Positions 1-9,749 are shown, numbered from the stretch's first letter. The stretch: 64,000 nt of DNA from Gaiellales bacterium (GCA_035695105.1 DASSEV010000016.1:24345-88344), one strand, 5' to 3'. Numbers and translations are program-made. The notes: a model not told the origin generated them from the letters alone.

Positions 1-329
1 AGCGCGAGCGCCGATGCCAGGGCGATGGCGCGCTCGGGATCGCCGCCCGAGCCGGCCAGCGGCAGGATGGTGGCGGCGATCATCGGCCCGAGCGAGGAGT
101 CGGGCCCGAGCACCAGCACCTTCGACGGCCCGAACACCGCGTAGCCGATCAGGCACAGAATCGACGTGTAGAGCCCGGTGATGGCCGGCAGGCCGGCGAG
201 CTCGGCATACGCCATCCCCTGCGGAACCAGCAGCGCCGTCAGGACGAGCCCGGCCACGAGGTCGTGGCTCGCCCACTCCCGCCGGTAGCTGCGCAGCGTT
301 CGCAGCCCGGGCGGCGGGGCGATCGCCAC
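1..329 (-). CDS. SulP-family anion (sulfate) permease, N-terminal part; the gene runs off the window start
   Basis: Minus-strand translation from GTG at 329 reads VAIAPPPGLRTLRSYRREWASHDLVAGLVLTALLVPQGMAYAELAGLPAITGLYTSILCLIGYAVFGPSKVLVLGPDSS. This is a typical SulP N-terminus (PQGMAYA, GLY motifs). It is not in the ORF track because it is truncated by the window edge. Confidence 0.6.
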   Translation of the reverse strand, partial: MAIAPPPGLRTLRSYRREWASHDLVAGLVLTALLVPQGMAYAELAGLPAITGLYTSILCLIGYAVFGPSKVLVLGPDSSLGPMIAATILPLAGSGGDPERAIALASALA

Positions 330-331
330 GG

Positions 332-877
332 CTAGTACTGGTTGAAGAAGCCGCGCTCCATCAGCGAGGCCTTGTCCTCGGCGGACACCGTGACGTGCGC
401 AGGTGTGAGCAGGAACACACGGTCGGCGACGCGCTGCATCGAGCCGTCGAGCGCATAGGTGAGCCCGCTCGAGAAGTCGATCAGCCGCTTCGCGAGGTCG
501 GAGTCCGCCGTCTGCAGGTTGATGATCACCGGGATGTCGGCCTTGAGGCGGTCGGCGACCTTCTGGGCGTCGTTGAAGGACTTCGGCACGACCAGCTCGA
601 CCTGCGCGGCGTTGCGCTGACCGCCGTTCGCGATCGACGGCGGACGGGAGCGCCCACGCGACGGCGCAGGGGGCGGCTCATCCGAGAAGATGTCGTCGAA
701 GTCGGCGCCGGAGCGGCGGCGGGGGTTCAGCCGGCGGACGTTGGGCCGCTCGTTATAGCGGCTCTCGAGATCCTCGTGGGCGGCCGATCCGTCGTCGTCG
801 AAATAGTCGTCCTCCCAGTCCTCCTCCTTGATCCCGAAGTAGACCTGGGTGCGGTGCCACATGTCCTTGACGCTCAT
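332..877 (-). CDS. sepF: Cell division protein SepF
   Basis: 181 aa with an acidic, disordered N-terminal half. The C-terminal domain (VVPKSFNDAQKVADRLKADIPVIINL...LIDFSSGLTYALDGSMQRVADRVFLLTP) is typical of SepF. It sits next to yggS and pgeF, as in Gram-positive dcw-distal clusters. Confidence 0.9.
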   Translation of the reverse strand: MSVKDMWHRTQVYFGIKEEDWEDDYFDDDGSAAHEDLESRYNERPNVRRLNPRRRSGADFDDIFSDEPPPAPSRGRSRPPSIANGGQRNAAQVELVVPKSFNDAQKVADRLKADIPVIINLQTADSDLAKRLIDFSSGLTYALDGSMQRVADRVFLLTPAHVTVSAEDKASLMERGFFNQY

Positions 878-889
878 GACTCCGGCACT

Positions 890-1543
890 TTACCGCCCAT
901 AGAGGACGCTCCCCACCCGCACGATGGTCGCTCCCTCGGCCGCCGCGGCGCGGTAATCCTGGCTCGTGCCCATCGAGAGCTCTCGGAAGGCGTGCCGGCC
1001 CTGCCACCGCGGCGCCAGCCTGTCGCGCTGCTCGCGGAGCGCGGCGAACCAGGGGCGGGCCCCGTCCGGATCGCCGGTCAGCGGCGGCATCGTCATCAGC
1101 CCGTGGAACACGACGTGCTCCAGGGCCGAGACCTCCTCCAGGAACCCGTCCACCTCGCCGGTCGCGACGCCGGCCTTCGACTCCTCGCCGGCCACGTTCA
1201 CCTGCAGCAGGCACGCCACCGGCCCGTCCGCGAGGTCCTGGATCTTCCGGCAGGACGACATCGAGTCGATCGCGTGGATCAGCCGCACCCGGCCGAGGAT
1301 GTCGCGTACCTTGCGGCTCTGCACGTGGCCGATGAAGTCCCACGTGAAGAGGTCGCCATGCAGCGCCTGCTTCTCGATCAGCGCGTCCGACCGGTTCTCG
1401 CCGACCAGCGCGATGCCCGCCTCGTGCAGCGCCGGCAGCTCGTCGGCGCTCACGTACTTGGTCGCGGCCAGGATCTCGACGCCCTCGCCCACCTCAGCCC
1501 GAACGCGGGCGAGGTTGTCGCGGATGACGGCCGGATCAGCCAT
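890..1543 (-). CDS. yggS: YggS/YlmE-family PLP-binding (PLP homeostasis) protein
   Basis: 217 aa with the motifs ILAATKYVS, FIGHVQSRKV, HGLMTMPP and LSMGTSQDY, characteristic of the alanine-racemase-fold YggS family. It overlaps the pgeF stop by 8 nt. Confidence 0.88.
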   Translation of the reverse strand: MADPAVIRDNLARVRAEVGEGVEILAATKYVSADELPALHEAGIALVGENRSDALIEKQALHGDLFTWDFIGHVQSRKVRDILGRVRLIHAIDSMSSCRKIQDLADGPVACLLQVNVAGEESKAGVATGEVDGFLEEVSALEHVVFHGLMTMPPLTGDPDGARPWFAALREQRDRLAPRWQGRHAFRELSMGTSQDYRAAAAEGATIVRVGSVLYGR

Positions 1544-2309
1544 GTTCCAGGATCCCGACGACGCCCTGACGGCCGGTCACGCCGTGATCGCGGCGATGCG
1601 AGAAGTAGCGGTCGCCGTTGCAGATCGTGCACTCCCCGGCGACGGCCACCTCCTCGACGCCCGCGGCCCGCAGCGCTCGCTCCGCGCACATCCACAGGTC
1701 GGCGCGGCCGTCGCGGATGACGTCGTCCCCGAACCGCGCGCGCAGCGGGGCGGCGACGTCCTCCTGCACCTCGTAGCAGCACGGCCCGGCGCCGGGGCCG
1801 ACCGCGGCCACGGACGGCGCCGCGACGCTGCGAGCACCCTCCCCGGCGATCCCCGCCTCGAGCCCGCGCCAGCCGGCATGCAGGAGCGCCAGCCGCGATC
1901 CGTCCCGCGCCGCGATCGCGATCGGGAGGCAGTCGGCGGTGAGCAGCGTCATCGGACGGCCGGCCACGCCCGTCACCAGCCCGTCGGACTTGGGGAAGGG
2001 CTCGCGACCGGGCTCGAGGAAGCGGCCCGTGGACGGCTGCGAAGTGACCTCACGCACCTGCGTTCCGTGCACCTGCCAGGCCATCGTCGCATCCTCTCCC
2101 CTGCCACCGGCCGCCTCGACCGCACGGCGACGGTTGACGGCGACGTTCGCCGGCTCGTCGTCGGTGAGCGCGCCCAGGTTGAGCGATGCGAACGGCCCGG
2201 CCGACACGCCGCCCAGCCGGCCGGTGAACGAGACGCGCACGCCGCCCGGCGCGGCCGTCCAGTCGAGCAGCGGCGTCGCAGCGTCGCGCCAGACGAGCGG
2301 GCCCGTCAC
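1536..2309 (-). CDS. pgeF: Peptidoglycan editing factor PgeF / YfiH (DUF152, laccase-domain protein)
   Basis: Only the C-terminal 257 aa of the 595-aa track ORF look like protein: VTGPLVWRD...LLTADCLPIAIA...LLHAGWRGL...GPCCYEV...CTICNGDRYFSHRRD. The GTG start at 2309 overlaps the upstream TGA (GTGA). Confidence 0.85.
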   Translation of the reverse strand: MTGPLVWRDAATPLLDWTAAPGGVRVSFTGRLGGVSAGPFASLNLGALTDDEPANVAVNRRRAVEAAGGRGEDATMAWQVHGTQVREVTSQPSTGRFLEPGREPFPKSDGLVTGVAGRPMTLLTADCLPIAIAARDGSRLALLHAGWRGLEAGIAGEGARSVAAPSVAAVGPGAGPCCYEVQEDVAAPLRARFGDDVIRDGRADLWMCAERALRAAGVEEVAVAGECTICNGDRYFSHRRDHGVTGRQGVVGILEHG

Positions 2310-3274
2310 AGCACCACCTCGACTCCGGGCACCTGCGTGCGGCTCGCGTACTCGTATGCGCAGACGCCGGCCGAGAGCCGGGCCGCGCGCGTCCAGCCGC
2401 GGACGCCGCGCCGCCGCACCTCGACCTCGATCACCGCGTGGTCGGCCGCGTAGGCGTACACGCGTCCGCCGTCGGGGTCGCGGTAGGACACCCCCACCAG
2501 GTCGGCCAGATTGCAGTGCACCTGCCCGTCGATGCGCAGGAACGGCCCCCGGATCGAGAAGCTGTACTCGCTGGGCGACATGCGTGCGCGGGCGGCGATG
2601 CCGCGCAGCGCGCCATGCAGCTCGTGGCGCCTGCCGTTTGCGACCACCGCGCCGGTCGAGAGCACGGGCGTCAGCGGGCCGAGCACGCCGTAGCGGCGGC
2701 TGACCACCTCGACGAAGTCCTCGGGGGACGGGAACCCGTTGCAGTGCACCCGCACAGACGCCTCCGCGTGACGGTTGCCCCACGCGTGCAGCTGGTGAGC
2801 CGGCCATGAACGCACCTCGAGCACCCGGTCGCCGATGGCGAAGGTGCCGTTGGCACGGATCGTGGGCTGGCTGACCATGATCTCGGCCCGTCGCAGCCGG
2901 CCGCCGCCGCCGTAGCCGAACGGCTCGCCGCCGGGTGTCCAGCGTAGGTCCCAGCGCGCCTCGTCCACCTTGCCGCTGGCGCTGGCGACGTCGAGCACGC
3001 TCGGGCCGAGTGTGAGCGGAAACCCGCCGGCGCCCGTCGTGAACTGGTCGATCGCGAACATCTGGCGCCGCGCGTACGTGTGACCCTCGGGGTCGCGGCC
3101 GACGAACCACAGCTCGGCGGACGACTCGCCGGGAGCCGCTGCCGGAGGGACGTGGAAGCTGTGGCGGATCCAGGCGGAGGCGGCGCTGTGCGGGTCGACC
3201 AGGCGCAGGTGCCAGGCCTCGTAGTGCCCCGGCTGCCCCCGCCACCGGCTGGCATTGGCCGTCGAGATCCTCAC
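2306..3274 (-). CDS. Hypothetical protein, 322 aa. Possibly a beta-rich tocopherol-cyclase/CrtC-like fold, but this is a very tentative guess
   Basis: The amino-acid composition is protein-like, unlike the shadow ORFs. GTGA overlaps couple it at both ends, to the CCA enzyme upstream and to pgeF downstream. The N-terminal GHYEAWHLRL is faintly reminiscent of the tocopherol-cyclase family. Confidence 0.6.
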   Translation of the reverse strand: MRISTANASRWRGQPGHYEAWHLRLVDPHSAASAWIRHSFHVPPAAAPGESSAELWFVGRDPEGHTYARRQMFAIDQFTTGAGGFPLTLGPSVLDVASASGKVDEARWDLRWTPGGEPFGYGGGGRLRRAEIMVSQPTIRANGTFAIGDRVLEVRSWPAHQLHAWGNRHAEASVRVHCNGFPSPEDFVEVVSRRYGVLGPLTPVLSTGAVVANGRRHELHGALRGIAARARMSPSEYSFSIRGPFLRIDGQVHCNLADLVGVSYRDPDGGRVYAYAADHAVIEVEVRRRGVRGWTRAARLSAGVCAYEYASRTQVPGVEVVL

Positions 3275-5931
3275 CGCGCCACCTCGGCAAGCAGCTCGCG
3301 AGCCGCCTCGAGCTGCTGCTCACGGCCGCCCAGGTCGCCGTTCCTGCGCCGTCGCAGAAGCTCCGCCAGCACCTCTCCGATACGCGGCGACTCCGGCATG
3401 CCCAGCTCCTGACGCAGCGTGTCGCCGTCGATGTCGAGGTCGACCTGCCTCAGGCGCTCGAGGTACAGCTCCGCCTGCTCGGCGGCACGGCCCCCGCCCG
3501 CAAGCAGCATCAGGGCCACCTCGAGGGGCTGTGCGGCCAGCAGTTCGGCGACCCGCGCGGGCTCCTGCGCGCGCTCGAGCGGGGCCTCCAGGCGTGGCGG
3601 CACGATGGCGGCGGCTGCCACCGCCCGGGCATCCCGCCGCCGCACCCGCAACCGCTCGAGCCATGCGTCGAGCTCGTCGCCCGGGACCTCCCGGGCCATC
3701 GCCGCCAGCCGCCCGCGCCAGGCCGGCAGGTCGGCGGCGTACCGGCGCCGCGCGGCGTCCAGGCGCCCCACGAGACCTGCGGCCTCCTCGCCGCACTGCA
3801 GGGCCGGATGCAGCGCCCGGCCGAGCCCGATATCGGAGATCCGGCGCAGCGCCCCGCCGACACGCTGCTCGCTGAGGATCGCGACCAGCTCGTCGCGCAC
3901 ACGGGCGCCGGAGAGGTCGCCGACGAGGCCCATGTCCACGCAGCTCTGCGCCAGCTGGCGCGTCAGCGCGTCCATCTGGAAGCCGTAGCGGTTCTCGTAG
4001 CGGATCGCCCGGAAGATGCGGGTGGGGTCCTCGATGAACGACAGGTTGTGGAGCACGCGCACGACGCCGGCGCGCAGGTCGTGCTCGCCGCCATAGGGAT
4101 CCACGAGCACGCCGAACTCCTCGGGGAGCAGCGAGACGGCCATGGCGTTGATCGTGAAGTCGCGCCGGTAGAGATCCTGCCGGATCGACGAGTGCTCGAC
4201 CGTCGGCAGGGCGGCCGGGTACTCGTAGTGCTCGGTGCGGGCGGTTGCCACGTCGACCCGGAGGTCACCCGCGATCACGACGGCGGTGTGGAACTTGGAG
4301 TGGGCATGCACGCGACCACCGAGCGCCCGCGCCAGCCGCTCGGCGAAGGCGACGCCGTCACCCTCGACTGCCAGGTCGATGTCGAACGTGGGCTCGTCGA
4401 GCAGCAGGTCGCGCACCGCCCCGCCGACCAGGTAAAGGCCGCCGGCCCCCGCGGACGCCTCGCCCAGTGCGGGCCATAGCCGCTCGAGGCCCGGCAGCGC
4501 GCGGAGGCGGGGCGCCAGGTCGGTCGCCGGCACCGGCGGCGAGCCGGGCGGAGACTCGCGCAGCGCGCGCAGGAGGTCGCCGCGGGTGATGATGCCGAGC
4601 ACGCGGTCGACGGTCTGCGACCCGCCCTCGCCATCGGCCGTGACCGCGAGCCGGCCCGAGCCGCGGACGAGCGCCCGCTGGACGTCGGCTAGCGTTGCCT
4701 CCGGCGACACCGCGATCACCTCGGCGCTCATGATGCCGCGCACGGGCGCGTGGCCGAGCCCGTGCCCGATCGCCCGGCCCAGATCTTCGCGCTCCACCAC
4801 GCCGATCATCTCGCCGTCCGACGCGATCGGCACGCCGGAGGTGTGCCGGCGGCGGCACTCGGCCAGCGCCTCGTCGATGCTTGCGTCCGCGTCGACGAAC
4901 CACGGCGGCGAGGACATGATGTCGGCCGCGCGCGGCCCCGACGCCACGCCCGCCTCGAGCAGGCGCGGCAGTCTGGCCGAGAGGTCGTCGAGCGAGGCGT
5001 CGCGTACGATCGCCGAGGCGGCCTGCGGATGGCCGCCACCGCCCAGCTGATGCATGACGACGGCGACATCGAACGCCGGGGTGCGGCTGCGCCCGACGGC
5101 GAAGACGCGCCCGCCCATCTCCACCAGCATCACGAGCGCCTGAGCGTCGGTGAGGTCGGTGATCTTGCTCGCGAGGGTCGACACGCCGTCCACGTACCGG
5201 GGCCAGCGCGCGGAGCTGACCAGCACGCCGACGCCGCCCGGCTCGACCTGCTCGGCCGCGTCGATCAGGGTGGTGAGCAGCGCTCGGCGCTCGTCGTCGA
5301 GCGGGGTATGCAGGAAGCCGCCGATCAGCTCCTGGTTGCCGCCGTGCCGCATGCAGTACGCGAGCGCCTCGACGTCCCGCAGAGTGGTCGTCGGGTAGGT
5401 GAGCGAGCCGGTGTCCTCGTGGATGCCGAGGGCCAGGGCCGTCGCCTCGGTCGGCGTCGGCTGGATCCCCCGCTCGGCGAGGATGCCCGCGACGGTGCTC
5501 GACAGCGCGCCGTCGGTCGACCGCACGGCGTGCGCCGCTGCGACCCACGGCGGCAGGTCGTCACCGTGATGGTCGAACAGCTCCACCTCGACGCCGGGGC
5601 GGCGCAGCACGTCCGCCAGGCCGCCGAGCCGGCGGTCGTCGGAGGTCTCGACCACGATCGCCCGCGTCACGCCGGTCAGATCGCAGTCGCCCTCGTCGAC
5701 CAGGCCGAGCTCCTCGGCGTGCAGGGCCACGAACTCGCGCACGTTCCGGTTGAGCCCGCCGTGCAGGACGATCGCTGCGGCCGGGTAGAGCCGGCGCACG
5801 GCCAGCATCGACCCGAGCGCGTCGAAATCCGTGTTCTGATGGGAGAAGATGACCTCTGCCGGCCGCATGGGCAGAGGGTACCGGAGCAACGGGTCTGCAC
5901 CCGAAGGGGGCTGACCCGGCTGTGCCACCAT
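3271..5931 (-). CDS. cca: Multidomain CCA-adding enzyme / poly(A) polymerase-family tRNA nucleotidyltransferase with N-terminal DHH-DHHA1 and tandem CBS domains
   Basis: Three regions are recognisable. DHH: VIFSHQNTDFDALGS, FDHHGD, GGGGHPQAAS. CBS pair: IMSSPPWFV...IGVVERED...IMSAEVIAVSP...LGIITRGDL. PolA head: LYLVGGAVRDLLLDEPTFDIDLAVEG...RRDFTINAMA...DPTRIFRAIRY. The start is uncertain: ATG at 5931 or at 5868. The track start at 6069 would overlap ridA. Confidence 0.8.
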   Translation of the reverse strand: MVAQPGQPPSGADPLLRYPLPMRPAEVIFSHQNTDFDALGSMLAVRRLYPAAAIVLHGGLNRNVREFVALHAEELGLVDEGDCDLTGVTRAIVVETSDDRRLGGLADVLRRPGVEVELFDHHGDDLPPWVAAAHAVRSTDGALSSTVAGILAERGIQPTPTEATALALGIHEDTGSLTYPTTTLRDVEALAYCMRHGGNQELIGGFLHTPLDDERRALLTTLIDAAEQVEPGGVGVLVSSARWPRYVDGVSTLASKITDLTDAQALVMLVEMGGRVFAVGRSRTPAFDVAVVMHQLGGGGHPQAASAIVRDASLDDLSARLPRLLEAGVASGPRAADIMSSPPWFVDADASIDEALAECRRRHTSGVPIASDGEMIGVVEREDLGRAIGHGLGHAPVRGIMSAEVIAVSPEATLADVQRALVRGSGRLAVTADGEGGSQTVDRVLGIITRGDLLRALRESPPGSPPVPATDLAPRLRALPGLERLWPALGEASAGAGGLYLVGGAVRDLLLDEPTFDIDLAVEGDGVAFAERLARALGGRVHAHSKFHTAVVIAGDLRVDVATARTEHYEYPAALPTVEHSSIRQDLYRRDFTINAMAVSLLPEEFGVLVDPYGGEHDLRAGVVRVLHNLSFIEDPTRIFRAIRYENRYGFQMDALTRQLAQSCVDMGLVGDLSGARVRDELVAILSEQRVGGALRRISDIGLGRALHPALQCGEEAAGLVGRLDAARRRYAADLPAWRGRLAAMAREVPGDELDAWLERLRVRRRDARAVAAAAIVPPRLEAPLERAQEPARVAELLAAQPLEVALMLLAGGGRAAEQAELYLERLRQVDLDIDGDTLRQELGMPESPRIGEVLAELLRRRRNGDLGGREQQLEAARELLAEVAR

Positions 5932-6013
5932 GCGGCCCGGGGAGGCAAGGCCCTGCGGCGGCCCCTTGCCGTCTCGGGCCGGCCGGGTCAGACCCGATGA
6001 GTCAGACCCGGGT

Positions 6014-6400
6014 TCACCCCAGCGCGATCGCCTCGATCTCCACCCGCGCACCCGCGGGCAGCGCCGCAACCTGCACCGTCGACCGCGCCGGCGGGTCGCT
6101 GGTGAAGTAGGTCGCGTAGACCTCGTTCATTGCCGCGAACTCGCCCAGGTCGGTCATGAACACCGTCGTCTTGACCACACTGTCGAGACCGCTGCCCGCA
6201 CCCTCGAGCACGGCCTGCAGGCTCCGGAGCACGCGGTGTGTCTGCGCGCCGATGTCGCCCTCGACGAGGCTGCCGCTCTCGGGGTCGAGCGGCACCTGGC
6301 CGGCGCAGAAGACGAGCCCTCCGGCGGCGATGGCCTGGTTGTACGGCGCTCCGGCAAAGGGCCTCGGGGCCCCGTCGACGGCGATCACGGTCTTGCTCAC
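6014..6400 (-). CDS. ridA: RidA/YjgF-family reactive enamine/imine deaminase
   Basis: 128 aa: APYNQAIAAGGLVFCAGQVPLDP...KTTVFMTDLGEFAAMNEVY...PARSTVQVAALPAGARVEIEAIA. The GTG start overlaps the hisD stop (GTGA). Confidence 0.88.
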   Translation of the reverse strand: MSKTVIAVDGAPRPFAGAPYNQAIAAGGLVFCAGQVPLDPESGSLVEGDIGAQTHRVLRSLQAVLEGAGSGLDSVVKTTVFMTDLGEFAAMNEVYATYFTSDPPARSTVQVAALPAGARVEIEAIALG

Positions 6401-7683
6401 GATGCGGCTCCTTCGGTGAGGGGATTGGATGTGCCTGCGATCTGCTCGGCCCGGATCTCGGCGGAACGGGCATGGGCCGGCAGGCCCTCCGCCCGCGCCA
6501 GGTCCGCCAGCGGTGCGGCCAGCGCGGCCACCGCGCCCTGCGGGATCTCGACCACCTCCTGGATGCGGACGAACACGCCCGGCGCAAGGCCCGACGAGAA
6601 GCGGCCCCGGCCGCCGGTCGGGAGGATGTGGTTGGAGCCGGCCACGTAGTCCCCGAACGCGGTGCCGCTCATCGGCCCGAGGAAGATGGCGCCGGCGTGC
6701 CGCACCTGCTCGAGCATGGCGTCGGGACGCTCGACCATCAGCTGCAGGTGCTCGGGCGCGAAGCGGTTGACGAACGCGATCGCCGTCTCGTTCGAATCCG
6801 CGTGGATGAGCGTGATGGTGCCCGCTTCCTCATCCCCGAGCGCGGCCGCGACCGCGTCGAGCACCGCGGCGTCGGCCGAGAGCAGCACGGAGATCGCCCC
6901 CGCACCATGCTCCGCCTGCGCGCGCAGATCCCAGGCCACCACGTCGGCCGGCGTCGATCCGTCGGCGATCACCACCAGCTCGCTCGGGCCCGCGAGCGAC
7001 TCGATGCCGACCTCGCCGAACAGGCCGCGCTTGGCCTCCTCGACGAAGGCATTCCCGGGGCCGACCAGCACGTCCACGGGCGCGATCGTCTCGGTGCCGA
7101 GCGCGAGCGCGGCGACCGCCTGCGCGCCGCCGATGGCGTACACCTCCTCAACGCCGAGCAGGTGGCAGGCGGCGAGCACGGCGGAGGCCGGCAGGCCGCG
7201 CGGGCCGGGCGGCGAGCAGACGGCGATCTCGCGCACGCCGGCCACCTGCGCGGGGACGATCGCCATCACGGCGCTCGAGGGGTAGGCGGCGAGGCCACCC
7301 GGGGCGTAGACGCCGGCGCGGTCGACGGGCACGGGCCGAGTGCTCACGACCTGCCCCTGCGGCATCACCTGGCGGGTCGGCCGCGGCATCGTCTCGGAGG
7401 CGGTGGCGCGGAGGTTGGAGGCGAGCATCCCGAGCGCATCCATCACCTGTGGCGGCGTATCCCGCGCCGCGCGCGCGAGATCCTTCGGCCGGACGCGGAG
7501 CCGCTCGAGCTCGATGGCGTCGAACCGCGCGGTCAGGCGGCGGATGGCGGCATCGCCGCCGGTGCGCACCATGTCGACGATGTCGGCGACCGACCCCCGC
7601 ACCCGCTCACGATCCTCATCGCTCGGCCGCAGCGAGCGGACGGTCTCGTCGACCTGCCCGGCCGTGATATCGCGCCGATCCAC
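6397..7683 (-). CDS. hisD: Histidinol dehydrogenase
   Basis: 428 aa with GVYAPGG, VLVGPGNAFVEEAKR, AGPSELVVIAD, QAEHG, HLQL and FGDYVAGSNHILPTGG, which are canonical HisD motifs. Confidence 0.92.
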   Translation of the reverse strand: MDRRDITAGQVDETVRSLRPSDEDRERVRGSVADIVDMVRTGGDAAIRRLTARFDAIELERLRVRPKDLARAARDTPPQVMDALGMLASNLRATASETMPRPTRQVMPQGQVVSTRPVPVDRAGVYAPGGLAAYPSSAVMAIVPAQVAGVREIAVCSPPGPRGLPASAVLAACHLLGVEEVYAIGGAQAVAALALGTETIAPVDVLVGPGNAFVEEAKRGLFGEVGIESLAGPSELVVIADGSTPADVVAWDLRAQAEHGAGAISVLLSADAAVLDAVAAALGDEEAGTITLIHADSNETAIAFVNRFAPEHLQLMVERPDAMLEQVRHAGAIFLGPMSGTAFGDYVAGSNHILPTGGRGRFSSGLAPGVFVRIQEVVEIPQGAVAALAAPLADLARAEGLPAHARSAEIRAEQIAGTSNPLTEGAAS

Positions 7684-7723
7684 GCGAAGAGTCTACGGGA
7701 GCCGGCCGGGCCCGGCCTCGAGG

Positions 7724-8377
7724 CTACGCCAAGTTCGCGACCGCGCCACGGGAGTAGGCGCAGTATGCCTCGCCGGCCGCCGCCATCGCCTCGCGTGCCC
7801 CCAGCGTGACCACGTTCGCCAGGTCGTCCTGGCCTCCAAGCAGCAGCGAGGGCACGTACGCCAGCTGCTGGTTCGGGTCGATCTCCCCGAAGCGCTCGCG
7901 CGCCGCCACCGTCGCCTCGTCCCGCGGAGCGGAGGCGTTGCGCGCCAGCTCGCCGCCGAGGAACTCGCCGAAGTCCTCGGCCACCGCCTCCGGCTCCAGA
8001 CGGCACGCGTCCAGCCGGTACACCGTCGTGTCGAGCGCGAACGGGTCATCGCCGGTGGCGTAGGCGTACTGGTCGCCCCACGCCGTCTCGCCGAAGCACC
8101 ACCAGCCGTCGGCACGTCCCTGCCACGTCGCGCGCCAGCCGCCGGGGCTGTTCCAGCGGCGCATGTCGCGAACCGACCATGGGCCGATGCCGAACAGCCG
8201 GAAGTGGCCGCCGTAGGCGTCGAGGCCGTTGGTCAGCGACAGCAGCCGCGCATGGTCGAGCGGGAGCACCGCGCCGCCCTCGCCGAGCAGCGAGTCGGGC
8301 GAAAGCATGTCTGCGGCGGGCCGGGTGCGCACCAGCCCACGGCTGAGCAGCGAGGACAGCCGGTCGTCGACGGTCAT
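7724..8377 (-). CDS. SMI1/KNR4 (SUKH-like) family protein
   Basis: 217 aa. The patterns [27 protein letters not shown] and [15 protein letters not shown] are typical of SMI1/KNR4 domains. The ATG overlaps the murA stop (ATGA). Confidence 0.6.
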   Translation of the reverse strand: MTVDDRLSSLLSRGLVRTRPAADMLSPDSLLGEGGAVLPLDHARLLSLTNGLDAYGGHFRLFGIGPWSVRDMRRWNSPGGWRATWQGRADGWWCFGETAWGDQYAYATGDDPFALDTTVYRLDACRLEPEAVAEDFGEFLGGELARNASAPRDEATVAARERFGEIDPNQQLAYVPSLLLGGQDDLANVVTLGAREAMAAAGEAYCAYSRGAVANLA

Positions 8378-9693
8378 GCCTCGACCCGCTCGATCTGGGC
8401 GCCCAGCTCACGCAGCCGTGCGTCGATCCGCTCGTACCCGCGGTCGATCTGCCCGACGTTGCCGATCCGGCTGGTTCCCTCGGCGCAGAGGCTGGCCATG
8501 AGCATGGCCATGCCCGCGCGGATGTCGGGACTCTCCATGCGGTAGCCGTAGAGCTTGCTCGGCCCCGTCACCACCGCGCGGTGCGGGTCGCAGAGGATGA
8601 TGCGCGCGCCCATCGAGACCAGCTTGTCTGTGAACACCAGGCGGTTCTCGAACATCTTCTCGAAGATCAGCACGGTGCCCTTGGCCTGCGTGGCCACGGC
8701 GACCGCGATCGACGTGAGGTCGGCCGGGAACATCGGCCAGGGTCCGTCGTCGATCTTCGGCACCTGGTCGTGCAGGTCGTCGACCACGACCAGCTCCTGA
8801 TCCGGCGGCACGCGCACGCTGGTGCCGTCGACCACATCGATCGTGACGCCGAGGCGGCCGAACGACTGGCGGATGGCGCGCAGGTGCTCGACCGCGGCGT
8901 CCTCGATCGTGAGGTCTCCCCCCGTGACGGCAGCGAGCCCGATGAACGAGGCCACCTCGATGTGGTCGGGGCCGATCCGGTGGCGGCAGCCGTGCAGCTC
9001 GTCCGCGCCGTGGACGACCAGCACGTTCGAGCCGATGCCCTCGATGCCGACGCCCATCTTGCACAGCAGCCGGCACAGATCCTGCACGTGCGGCTCGCAG
9101 GCCGCGTTCATGATCACCGTGGTGCCGCGTGCCAGCGCGGCCGCCATCAGCGCGTTCTCGGTGCCGGTCACGCTGGCCTCATCGAGGTGGATCTCCGCGC
9201 CCTCGAGGCCGTTCGGCGCTCGCAGCCGGTACTCGCGTTGCGCCTCCACGTCGGCGCCCAGCGCGGCGAACGCCATCAGGTGCGTGTCGACGCGCCGCCG
9301 GCCGATCACGTCCCCGCCCGGAGGCGGCACGTCGGCCGAGCCGAAGCGCGCGAGCAGCGGGCCCGCGGCCAGTATGGAGGCGCGGATGCGCGTGCAGAGC
9401 TCCGGATCGAGGGTGGTGCCGGCGACGTCGGCGGCCCAGACGCGCACGGTGTTGCGGCCCTCCCACTCGACCTCGACGCCAAGTGCCCGGATCAGCTCGA
9501 TCATCTCCTCGACGTCCCGGATGCGCGGGACGTTCTCGAGGGTGACCGGGTCGGCGGTGAGGAGACAGGCGGCCAGGATCGGCAGCGCGGCGTTCTTGTT
9601 GCCGGCCGGGCGGATCGTTCCCGACAGCGGCCGCCCACCCTCGATCAGGAAAGCCTCCACCGTCCCCTCTCGTGTCGCCGTAGCCACAGCCAT
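8374..9693 (-). CDS. murA: UDP-N-acetylglucosamine 1-carboxyvinyltransferase
   Basis: [46 protein letters not shown] and [13 protein letters not shown] are seen. I chose the start at ATG 9693. The track start at 9747 would leave only 2 nt to the divergent HD gene and would add a non-conserved extension. Confidence 0.9.
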   Translation of the reverse strand: MAVATATREGTVEAFLIEGGRPLSGTIRPAGNKNAALPILAACLLTADPVTLENVPRIRDVEEMIELIRALGVEVEWEGRNTVRVWAADVAGTTLDPELCTRIRASILAAGPLLARFGSADVPPPGGDVIGRRRVDTHLMAFAALGADVEAQREYRLRAPNGLEGAEIHLDEASVTGTENALMAAALARGTTVIMNAACEPHVQDLCRLLCKMGVGIEGIGSNVLVVHGADELHGCRHRIGPDHIEVASFIGLAAVTGGDLTIEDAAVEHLRAIRQSFGRLGVTIDVVDGTSVRVPPDQELVVVDDLHDQVPKIDDGPWPMFPADLTSIAVAVATQAKGTVLIFEKMFENRLVFTDKLVSMGARIILCDPHRAVVTGPSKLYGYRMESPDIRAGMAMLMASLCAEGTSRIGNVGQIDRGYERIDARLRELGAQIERVEA

Positions 9694-9749
9694 CTCAGAG
9701 TAGCCAGTTTCGCCTCCGCCTTCCCCGGTCCTGCTAGGTTCGGCCACGC

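Noticed and set aside
395-2453. Long plus-strand ORFs (395..1720, 441 aa; 966..2453, 495 aa) antisense to sepF, yggS and pgeF
   Set aside because: Their composition is Arg/Ala/Gly/Pro-dominated with no recognisable motifs. They are typical shadow ORFs of a high-GC genome, where stop codons are rare in all frames. The opposite strand encodes clearly recognisable proteins.
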